NCBI RefSeq assembly: GCF_006345805.1
Contig: NC_043003.1
Location: forward strand, 37,262,001 to 37,326,000
Reading direction: 5' to 3'
DNA from: Octopus sinensis
Lineage: Eukaryota
DNA length: 64,000 bases
This document shows positions 27,449-38,063 of this stretch, piece by piece. The notes beneath the pieces are model-generated. The model saw only the letters and a program-made list of their open reading frames with translations, was not told the origin of the DNA and made no database searches. Every line of letters starts with the position of its first letter. Position 1 is the first letter of the stretch. A program made the translations under genes and the position numbers.

Positions 27449-27659
27449 CATAATATTATATTAACTATGGGGTGGATAATCTTGGATGTTTGGATGATTG
27501 TATTCTATGTTGCCATCCGTGTACATAAAACATTGTATATCGGAAACCTTCCTCGGAACAATTACAGTTTGTATATTGAATAACTGAATAAATGTAAAAC
27601 TATATAAGGTTATTCTCAAGAGGAGGGAAACACACATTCATAGTTTATAATATTCTTCG

Positions 27660-29720
27660 TTATCTTATAAATGGTTTCAAATATTTTAGTGTATATGTGG
27701 TTGTTTATAGATAGTTAAAGATTAGTTCAGAATTTATTGTTGAGAAGAGAAAGATATGAAAGCAATATTTCACGTGACTCAGATAAGCAGAGTGAAATAG
27801 GTTTGTTTGAACGTTTGCATGGTTGATGAAAGAAACAAAATTTTCAATTGTTATAGTTTACGACCATATTTTAAGGGCGTACCAGTATTTTTAATTTAGG
27901 TCCAGAAAATGTTTTCGTGTTGTATATCTCTCGAAAGAATTACTGATTTATCACATGCAGGGTTTTTATGTTGTGTCCATATCAACTGTTATGCAATAAA
28001 CAATATCTTTGGAGGGAAATCTATGATATTGTGAAGATTCCGTTGGAGGCATGCTTTTCAAGGTTGTGTATTTAATATGACCAGGTGACAGAATCATTAA
28101 AGTATGGGGAAGCCAACTTTGCCTTAAATCACTAAATAAAAAAAATCTTATACTGGAGTCGATACTTCTCTTTTTGTTTGTTATCTCACGCTTTTTTATT
28201 TTGTTTTTGTGGGAAATCGGCTATGTTCAAACCCAGAGAGGGATGGGCTGCACCAAGTCCAGAAATACCTAAGGCATGCTGTGTCTGAATGTCTGTATGA
28301 CTGAAAGTCCGTGGCATGACATTGCACTTTTTAGTTAGAAGAGGAATCTGAGAGTTCTTGTTTGATTCATATTCGATGATATTCACAAAACAAATTGAAT
28401 GTTTAGGAAATTTTTACGGTACAGGAGTACTGTAAAAATTTGATATTTTTCTGGTTGAGAGGAAGTCTTATCATTCTGCACACTAAATAAAACATATGAT
28501 ACTATACCAATAATAAGCACTTTAAAAAATATTTTAGCCACAATTGTGGTAACCCTTTGATTAAAAGAATTATACCAAGTAATATTTTAAGATGATTAGA
28601 AAATCTCTGGCGGTAGTGTAACGATATGCCTGGTTTTCCGAATGGGGAGAATTGCGATTGTTGTAGATTGAAAGCAAAATCAAGATAGTTTACTATCCTG
28701 GGGTTAAATTGGAGTACTATTTTAAAGTTTAATTCAGTAAAAATGATGTCAGGATCTTTCTTTATTTAGTATGTTTTATGGATCTTTCTTGAAGTAGAAC
28801 GTTTATAAGAAATATGTCGCTTTTGACTAGCCATCAATGATCTATATCCCTTCACCATTTAAGGATCCTCCGATATTTCCTATCTCAACCAAATCCTTTG
28901 CTTTCCATGCAAAGATCAAACGGAAAACAAGAGGATTTTTTTATCGATATACTATTGTCATAGCATAAAGTTTATCCTGAGGTATAGAATGATAGTAATT
29001 TCCGAATTATCGAAGCATGAAAACGTTTTTGCAAAATTCAATGCATCCATTAATGGGTTCCCAAATGAATGGTGATAAAATTCTGTATATCAAATTGTGT
29101 AAAGTAGCTAATTTCTCTGCTCTGCATGAATTTAAACCATGCGATAATCGCATTTTCCGGTCCGAATGGGGGTAATACCTTTATTCGGGGAATTATCTTA
29201 TCGATGTTGGACTTGCAGAATATCTCAATGTTTCAATATTAGTTTTGCTTGTGTAGATAAGTTTTGTTGCTAAGTGGCAAAGCAAATTTAGTTTATGATA
29301 AAGTTACAGACAGATTTTGCAAAGGATTCCATTCCGTTACCTATTTCTACCTTAAATATTAAGGCTTTTCTTTTATGTTTCGGCGTTAATATCGAGCTAA
29401 GTTAAGCCAGTCTTCTCGTAATTGTTATTAATTTTACTGGAAAGAAATTTATGGTAGCTCACGTAAAGGATTTCATAAGTATTCTTTAATTTATGCGAAG
29501 GTACAAATACATATTTAAAAGTTTGGAACATGCTGAGTTTTGAATACAAGGTTTCCTGAACTTGGTTTACGCTTTTTTTTAATATTGATATTCTTAAGCA
29601 TTTGAAGCAAATTATTTCCAAATCGCATTTGAAATATGTATTTGTTAGTGCTTACAGACAGAAGGAGCTCCTGCAGTTTCTGCGGGGGGCAATGAATCTC
29701 TGATGTTTATTTCACCTACA
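27660..29720 (-). pseudogene. Degraded Penelope-like element ORF (reverse transcriptase + GIY-YIG endonuclease)
   Basis: Collinear stitched motifs: FVPSHK..TYE..YHKFL (FVPADK..Y); IIAWFK; QFDIQNF..LMDALNFAK; IVNYLDFAFNL..FSPFGKP..SNH; NITWYNSFNQRVTTIVAKIFFK; KDIVYCITV..SNSF.ERY; SLCLSESREILL..LLN..SELI. Confidence 0.8.
28142..28480. mobile_element. Unidentified ~340-bp insertion in the PLE ORF with 12-bp TSD
   Basis: CACTAAATAAAA at 28130-28141 and 28481-28492. Confidence 0.55.
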
Positions 29721-29832
29721 TTTATAATGAATGATATATATAAAATACACCTGATCTACATATGATACAATATGAAATATTATATATATATTATATAATA
29801 TACAATATATATATATATATATAATATTACAT

Positions 29833-29870
29833 AATGTTATGTAATAAACACCATATATGTATTCATTAAG

Positions 29871-29933
<63 letters not shown>

Positions 29934-29971
29934 CTTAATGAATACATATATGCTGTTTATTACATAACATT
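29833..29971. repeat. Inverted repeat enclosing a (TA)n tract
   Basis: AATGTTATGTAATAAACA.CATATATGTATTCATTAAGTAA mirrored across (TA)n. Confidence 0.85.
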
Positions 29972-30023
29972 TATCTCAGCGAATGGAGTTTTTTTGTTGA
30001 TCTTACCATCACTATCAGTACAC

Positions 30024-30072
<49 letters not shown>

Positions 30073-30082
30073 TATATATATA

Positions 30083-30360
30083 TTCTCTTTCGACCAGACC
30101 ATCAGATGCTGTTACACATCGCTGGTCACAATTCGTTCGCATTGTTTTAGCCTTTGAATGACGCCACCCCGCTGGCTAAGCGAGCAGGTTAACAGAGGAA
30201 AGAGTGGGAGAAACAGTGGTGAAAGAGTACAGCAGGGATCACCACCCCCTGCCGGAGCCTCGTGGAGCTCAATAAACACACACAACGCCCAGTCCGGGAA
30301 TCGAAACCGCGATCCTCCGACCGCGAGTCCGCTACCCTAGCCACTGGGCCATTGCGCCTA
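30083..30360 (-). mobile_element. SINE family C (tRNA-derived, OR/OK-like), tail type 2
   Basis: Head AGGCGCAATGGCCCAGTGGCTAGG..GGTTTCGATTCCC. Confidence 0.9.
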
Positions 30361-30393
30361 CACACACACACATATATATATATATATATTATA

Positions 30394-30466
<73 letters not shown>

Positions 30467-30640
30467 TTATTATCATTATTATTATTATTATTATTGATAT
30501 TATAAATAAAGGTATCCAAGAGATACCGCCATGCTTGAAATGGTCAAAACTTGACTCTAAAACCTGACTCTAAAATCATGTATTCAATACAGCAGAAGGT
30601 GAAAAGACAAACAGATAAATAAACAAATGAAATTTGAATA

Positions 30641-30697
30641 ATTCCAGACCCTGAGTTTCTGGCCCGTATAAAAATATTTTGCCTTCGTCAATGGAAT
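30641..30697 (-). ncRNA. Degenerate hammerhead motif (C3U) in a PLE-like fragment
   Basis: ATTCCA-TTGACGA-AGGC..GCCA-GAAA-CTCAGGG-TC^-TGGAAT. Confidence 0.55.
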
Positions 30698-31037
30698 ATA
30701 CCAAGAATTTTACATAATTACATATATATATACACACACAAACATACGAATACTTACTATACGCACGCGTATATATGCATATGTGCACGTATATACACGA
30801 CCAGTTCAGTTATCCGTCCAAACACCATGTGCTATATGGTCAAAATACCACCACAATAAATATACCCTTATTATAATTTTAATAATAATCATAACCTATA
30901 AGGTTTTTTCTTCCTATGCTGCCATTTGATTTGATCATTACTTAAATAATGATCTTATCCTTATTTATATACAAAATTTATATATATGACAAGGTGCAAA
31001 TATACATACATATATATATATACTTAGATATATATAT

Positions 31038-31089
<52 letters not shown>

Positions 31090-31360
31090 TATACTAGCAT
31101 TATGACCCGGCGTTGCCGAGTCATAGTGCTAGTTTGGTATAAATTTGTTAAATTAAAACTTTGGGGTAATAAAACATACAATGACATATTAAAAAGAATT
31201 AAAATTCCAAAGAAAAATTCATAGAAGATAAATATACAAATTTACAAAAATACATAAAAGTTCATAAAAGTTTCGGAGATGCACCAATTAATATGAAACA
31301 TATCATATATTTAAAATTGACACTCCCCCCATCAGGATGTTTTTTACACAGAACACATCG

Positions 31361-32540
31361 TTTCTTTATTACCCATAAAGGGCTACACAGAGGGGACAAT
31401 ACAAACTTTGGGGACATAAAACATCACAATTACATAAATATGGAAAATGAAATATGAAAATGATAAATGAAAAATGAAAGTGATGCTAACGGCCCCATCC
31501 GCTAGCATCACTTACCTGGCCTTCATACTTTATCCTGAATGTAATACACATCGTGCTCTATCATCGCAAATCTCTTTTCCATTTCCGTTATTATCTCGTC
31601 ATCTAATTCAAATCTAAACAATTTATAGTTTTTCTTTTTACATTTTTCCACGAATTCTTCTATACGTTCTTCCGAGATTACAGCGTACCTATCACTGTCC
31701 TTGTCACACCAGTGATATTCTTTCAATATTTCTTTTACGTCTTTTTTCGTCGAAATATCTAGAAAATTGGGCCTAGGTTTTTTTTGCGGTATCTTGTCTG
31801 TTTGCTCCTGTTTTTTGTTTTCTTGTTGGTGGGGAGAGGGTGGGTTCACTGTCTGCAGGGGAAGGGTGGGTCTGAGAGAGTGCGGGTGGTGTTGGGGTGG
31901 ATTGGGGTTCAGTACTATTTTTCCCCTTCTTCTCTTCCTCCTTCTTCTGCCTTCTTCCCATTGTTTTTGTACCTCATCCTCTTCCGTTGTGTCTTTTTCC
32001 GTTGATTTCTGCTCTTTCTCATTGGCCACTACCTCTCTTTGAGGTTCCGCATCAATTTCCTTTGATGGGGGAGGGAAGTTAGCTCTTATGTGACCTTTCA
32101 GGCCACACTTGTAGCAGCGTGGAGCTCTGCCCTCCACCCACACTCTCATAATAACACATCCCATTCTGATATTCTCAGTCAATTGTTCCAATATTTCAGC
32201 CTCTGCTTGCACGTTTAATTCCAAAACTGCACCCTTCCAGCCTTCATCTTTCACTGTAGCATGGAGGATGTCAACTTCTTCCTCACTTCCACTGATTACG
32301 GCTGCTACTATCCACTCTCCGTCAACATTAGGAGGTATCCTCTCCACCCTGATCCGAGTAGTTTTTCTACCCAGATATGAGGGCAGAAGGAACACCTTTT
32401 CTGTCTTCACCGTTCTCGCTGCCATTTTCCTCGCCACACTTTCATTCTTGTATTGGACCACAACGGTACCGAAATGTATGCCTCTTGCATATTATGTCTT
32501 CTTCCGTTCTTTTAATGCTTCTACTATTGTCTCCATACTG
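31361..32540 (-). mobile_element. 5'-truncated ORF1-only L1/Tx1-type retroelement
   Basis: ORF1 stop is followed by ~160-bp 3' UTR and AATAAAGAAA; no ORF2. Confidence 0.7.
31523..32461 (-). CDS. Retroelement ORF1p/gag-like protein (RRM-like region + zinc knuckle); N-terminus disrupted
   Basis: 312-aa ORF with RCYKCGLKGHIRANF (CCHC knuckle, last Cys replaced by Phe), basic RRRRKRRR; upstream in-frame SMETIVEALKERKKT*YARGIHFG. Confidence 0.75.
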   Translation of the reverse strand: MVQYKNESVARKMAARTVKTEKVFLLPSYLGRKTTRIRVERIPPNVDGEWIVAAVISGSEEEVDILHATVKDEGWKGAVLELNVQAEAEILEQLTENIRMGCVIMRVWVEGRAPRCYKCGLKGHIRANFPPPSKEIDAEPQREVVANEKEQKSTEKDTTEEDEVQKQWEEGRRRRKRRRGKIVLNPNPPQHHPHSLRPTLPLQTVNPPSPHQQENKKQEQTDKIPQKKPRPNFLDISTKKDVKEILKEYHWCDKDSDRYAVISEERIEEFVEKCKKKNYKLFRFELDDEIITEMEKRFAMIEHDVYYIQDKV

Positions 32541-32981
32541 ACGACTAATTTTATACGAATTGCTAATACACACACACACATAATAAGGGTGAAAATTTGA
32601 ATATTAATTTGATTAATATGAATTGAAAACCAGTGGTGTAGCATAATAAGACCATAGCGGATCTTCTTCTAGCAAAATGGATGTTAATGGTTCATCCCTG
32701 TTATATAATACTTTCACTTTAATAGTTTCAGTATTAAAATGAAAGTGTCTGCATTACAAAAGAGAGATGCTTTGTTTCACTTTTAACACGTAATACTGAA
32801 ATAGTGGAAAAGATATGATATTGCTGTGGGGTCGCCCTAGGGAAAAAGTTAAGATTTTTTGCCGATGACACTCCCCGGACCTTAAGTAAGGTATATGTAA
32901 AATTTGAATGAAATTGGTTGTGTAGTTCTCAAGTTTTAGGGAAACACACAGACAGACAGACAGACAGACACACATTCTCAG

Positions 32982-33064
<83 letters not shown>

Positions 33065-33076
33065 ATATATATAATA

Positions 33077-33320
33077 TAGGATAAAATTTTTACGAATAAA
33101 AAATTTTATCAGTGGCCAGCATATTAAAAAATACCTTTGAAGGTTAAATTTATAAACAACTTATAAACAAGGGCAAAAGAAAAAATTTCTAATGCCAAAT
33201 ATGCCGAAAATAGACAAATTGTCAATAACCATATAATTTATCACTATAAACATGCATCTCGAAACAAGGCGACAGAAATTTCTAAAAAAATTCCGTTATT
33301 ATCGTATCGGTCCCAATTTC
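33077..33320. mobile_element. (TA)n-anchored repeat, same family as 15945-16200
   Basis: Direct sequence match. Confidence 0.7.
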
Positions 33321-33659
33321 AAAGTTAATTCATAAGAATTATGTAGGTAAGTAGGTAGGTAGGTAGGAAGGAAGGTAGGTAGGTAGGTAGGTAGGTAGGT
33401 AGGTAGGTAGGTAGGTAGGTTTAAATCATCGAGTCAAAAGCAACTCTTCGTGAATCCATAGTCGATACATTAATAGGATTGTTCCAGAGAAACCATACTA
33501 TAGTCGTGTCTTTGAGTAATCTCCATTCTCATATTTGTTGCTTCATCGAACAGATCACTGATCAAAAGTATACCAACCGAGGCCATCATGTCTTTCCCTT
33601 AATGTATCTAGGACAACTTTTTCTAATGTGTTCTTCCTGTTTTAAACATATTGTTGTGT

Positions 33660-33953
33660 GAAGACGCATGGCTCAATGGTTATAACGTCGACCTCATAGT
33701 CATGAGGTAGCAGGTTCGATTCTCACACCGGGTTGTGTTACTTTATTTTCACGTTTCTCCAGTTCACACAGCTGTAGAAATCAGTTGCCAGGTTGTATCA
33801 GCCATTCCCTTTGCTAACATCGATTGCATGGGGAGAAAAGGGTGGTCTTCCATAAACAATCTTACCAGGATTTGTGCCTCGGGGGATAAATTTCTAGGTG
33901 CAATCCCATGGTCATTCATGTTCCGAATAAGATCTTTACTCCTTTACCCTTTC
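33660..33953 (+). mobile_element. tRNA-derived SINE family D (possible Deu/Nin-like domain)
   Basis: A box TGGCTCAATGG, B box GGTTCGATTCT, CCAGTTCACACAGCTGTAGAAAT, CTTTAC-type tail. Confidence 0.65.
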
Positions 33954-35534
33954 TGTGATATTATGGACGTTTATCTGCTGGTTTTAGCAGCTCGAGTAAT
34001 CTCACAGATGTCTCCTAGGTTATGTAGTGTGTATAAGTGTGTGTGTGTGTGTGTGCATAAAAGAGAGAAAGTTATCTTTGAGTTCTTGTTTTATTTTAAC
34101 TATTGGCAGTTTATTTACCAGATATTTTTGACCATATGACCTGAATATCCAATTGTGACGTCATATTCTCTTATCGAAATATTCTGCTCATGCGTACGCG
34201 CCTGTCGTGAGTGTGCGAATATGCATGTGTCAATGCATATGTGTGTATGTGTGTGTGTATGCATGTGTATGCTTCGCATTCACCACCACAACAGATTATA
34301 TTTTTAAACCTCTAAGTATCCTTGGATACACTGAGTAAATACCAACAGATTAACATTTTTCAGTCCTCCAAAAATAAATTACTTTTCAATGAGTATTATT
34401 TTTAAAAAATTAATTCGATTCCCAATAATTTTTAGTTTACGTTTATCAAATCTTATCTGTAATCTTTTATTTATTCATTCATTTTTAATATTGTTTGTTT
34501 TCTTATTTTCTGTTGGAAATATATTATTTAGAATCTTAACATGTCGGTGTGATTTCTTACTTTTTTATACTTTCTTCATAAATTTAGTTTTTTTTTTTTT
34601 ATCGAGGCGTTTCCTAAGTATTTCGTTTAATTTGGAAAGGTCACATTTATTTAGAATCTCCAAAGCCCAATGGCGTATGTTATTAGTTGGAGTTCAGTGT
34701 TGATTTTCTTCAGTCGTCAAGCTATTTATTTATTCTTTTATGAATCTTTCATTGCGGTGAAAGGAAACTATAACGCAACACGGAACAAAAAATACAATTC
34801 GTTACACTTTTGCCAGAAGATATAGCAACTACTTCCGGTAAATTCTTTAAAGTTTTCGTAAAATTAATCATGTTCTTAAAAAATCATATTCGGTATAATA
34901 TGAGTTCAAAATATGCAATTTTTTTTTCTTTCATCTGTTTACACATTTATTCATTAGTTTAGACAGAGTTCTTTATATTCCGTTTTGCGTTTCGCCATGT
35001 TTTCTGAAAACTTACAAAACTGCATCTTGCAAATTTGTAGAGAACTCTAAAGTCTATAATATCACTACGAATGTATTTGAAAGTGTTTGCTCAGCTGTGA
35101 AATTTGAATAAAATACCAACCAGTTCCTTTATTACGTTATACGAGTAAATACCTGAAAATTAATTCAATCTTTGTTTAATATATGATATTAACCAAAAAT
35201 GAAACAAAACTGAAAAAAAATATTCAAATATTGTTCGATATGAATGAACGATTAATCATATCCTTGGCTTCAGTTATTGGCTTCAGTTATTGGTCAGATG
35301 CTATGGTGTAGCACCAGCTTCCTGTATGTGCTAGTCGATTGCATGGAACTCAGTAGTAGCCAAGTAGTAATCTAACTGAACCCTGTTTATTGAATTGCTG
35401 AGTTGTGATTTGATATAAAAGGACGCAAATCTACAGACCGATAAAAGCAAATGTATACATAGAAACAGACACATTCACACACTCAAGCATGCAGGAATGT
35501 GGGGACGTGTGTTTATACACATGCATATTTATGC

Positions 35535-35583
<49 letters not shown>

Positions 35584-36684
35584 TGTACTATTATCGGTCT
35601 AAGCCAGAGGCTGTAACCAGGCTGGAGCACCGCCATTTGCGCTTATGCTTGCTTATTTTAGACTCACTTCCTGCTCCTGTCCCCGGAATCGCTCCTAGGG
35701 AAGTAATGAGTAGGACAAAACTGCCCTTCTTTGCGTTTCTTGCTTTGCTGTGGGATCATCTGGGACATTAGATAAACATTTATCCAATTATTGTTTAAAC
35801 ACAGTTTATCTACACCTCGTATGTCTCTTAGACGAGACTATTTGATAAGGTTGTAAAAAATTGCTAGCTTTTGCACTCTAATTTGTTACAGTATTGGATT
35901 CTTACTCAGGACGGAGTGGGCGGGATCTTTGGTACTCTGAGCTTTACTTCGGAGATTGGTATATGTATGTATGTATGTATATGTGTAATATGTACGTGTA
36001 TATATATATATATATAATATTTTTTTTTATCTTGTATTTTATTGTGCAGTTTTATTGTTACATCCTGTTTGTGTTCTTACCCGTTTTACCCCGCTGCTTG
36101 GAATTTTGTTTTAATTCTCTCGCAGGAAGGCCTAGTTAACGAGTGTCCTGTCTTGCCTTCGAAACACGCTATGTCTGCTAGCGACAGCTGAAGAAGGGGA
36201 TTTTTCCTTGTGCAGCATGTCCTGTACTTCGTTTTTCTGCTGTACATAATTGTTTTTCCCGTTTTCGTTTTCGTCTTGTTCCACGTCTCTGTCCTTCTGT
36301 TGTAACAAAATGGCTTTTCCGTTTTCGTTTCTGTTGATTTTTACGTCTTCTTGTGGTGTCCTGTACGTATATATATTTATATATGCATGTATATATACAT
36401 GTAGATGTCGGTACGTACATATATGTTTGTATGTATGCATATATTTTATTTATTACACTATATATATATATATTATATTATATATATATATATAGATATA
36501 TATATAATATATATATATATATATAGGTATGAGAGGTATTGATGTCAAGAAGGCCCAAAGGTGTCAGGTAACGCTGAGAAAGTGCTATGTACACATCATA
36601 GTTAAGGTCCAGGTTCGATAATGATACGAATGAGGAGTCCAACGTGGGTCGTGTATTAAGCATGTATATATATATATATATAAC

Positions 36685-36924
36685 AATTAACAGAATGAGA
36701 TAAAAAAACCCAAGGCTGTGAATAGTTTTCAGAACATTTATAAAGAGATGGTCTTACAGCTGTTTCCGGGATATTTTATATATCCGGTCATCGGAGAGCA
36801 TTTTCTCGCATCGTCTCTGATGAAGGGATATATAAAATATCCCGGAAACAGCTGTAAGACCATCTCTTTATAAATGTTCTGAAAACTATTCACAGCTTGG
36901 ATTTCTTAATTCATTCTGTTAATT
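36685..36924. mobile_element. (TA)n-flanked palindrome (PLE pseudo-LTR with inverted copy)
   Basis: Arms 36685-36798 / 36813-36924, each carrying a hammerhead motif. Confidence 0.8.
36813..36860 (+). ncRNA. Minimal type-I hammerhead ribozyme motif (GUA site)
   Basis: GTCT-CTGATGA-A GGGATAT ATAAA ATATCCC G-GAAA-CAGCTG-TA^-AGAC. Confidence 0.8.
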
Positions 36925-37316
36925 AAATATATATACATATATGTACATATACATGTATATATACATATATATGCATCTCTCTCTCTCTCTCTCTCCCTAT
37001 ATATATATATATATATATAATATATATATATTATATATATATATATATAATATATATATTATAGTAGAGTTGTGCGATCAAAGACAATCTTGGTACAAGT
37101 GGTTAGTTAGCATCAAGCATATATATAGCTTGCAGAGGTGACATAAAGCAGATGATACTCGATCAGCAAAGTTTATTAATCAATGTGTGTTATATACTTC
37201 GTCCCACATCAGATATGATGGATATCTCGATAAGATGATAACAAATATACAACTCACGATCTAGCAACAAAAATTGTTAATTATGCGATTATAAATTGAT
37301 ATGTGTGTATTGAATG

Positions 37317-37919
37317 GAGAAGGTAAATTTGCACTACATATGTTTCCAAGCAAACTGAACAAGTGTTACGTAACTTAAATGTGTAACATATATATTCAGC
37401 TTAACCGTTCTACAGGTACCTTTACCTGTGGTTTACAAGTTATTGTCACAAGTACAAGGCGAAGAATTTACTAATTGAGGCCACAACAGAATGGTGGGCT
37501 GAAAACAAAGTTTAATAAAGTAACCAATGAAATTCATTATCAGCAAACAAGCTACATTAGAGAGGAAAGTGTGTGTTTTAAGGAAGGCCGTTTTTTATAA
37601 CAAGAATATAGGTTCTTGGGGATGAAAGTGCAGAGAACAAAGGAGATGAAAATCAACGATACAATGCAATCATGCTAGAATTCCGGTGCCAGGGTGACTA
37701 GGATACACATAAGGTTTTAGTACTCATTGTATCTGTAAGTTTGACTTTATAGGCTCATATATCTTTAAAAATCACGCCTGGTTGCTTTTTTTGTATCATT
37801 CTTTATCAGGTAAAGATACGTGAAGAAAAGTTAAGATAAATATATATGTTACACCATTGAGTTACGTAACTCATGTTCAGCTTTTCTTGGAAACATAAGC
37901 AATACAGACTTACCTTCTC
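37317..37919. mobile_element. Old ~600-bp element with ~110-bp diverged inverted arms
   Basis: 37317-37428 aligns with the reverse complement of 37807-37919 (TATGTTTCCAAG, GTTACGTAACT, GTGTAACATATATATT, CTTTACCTG). Confidence 0.65.
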
Positions 37920-37932
37920 TAGTACCTACAAC

Positions 37933-38018
<86 letters not shown>

Positions 38019-38063
38019 TCAATAAATGGTGGGGTTGTGTTGACCGCACGTGGAGAAATGATA

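Larger units (their letters stand above)
31094..32990 (-). mobile_element. Non-autonomous Helitron hosting nested insertions
   Basis: 3' CTAG with strong hairpin 31094-31132; 5' end TATATAACTGAGAATGTGTGTCTGTCTG with (GTCT)n, typical of Helitron 5' ends. Confidence 0.65.

Noticed and set aside
28142-28507. Spliceosomal intron in the PLE ORF
   Set aside because: The flanking 12-bp direct repeat explains it better as an insertion
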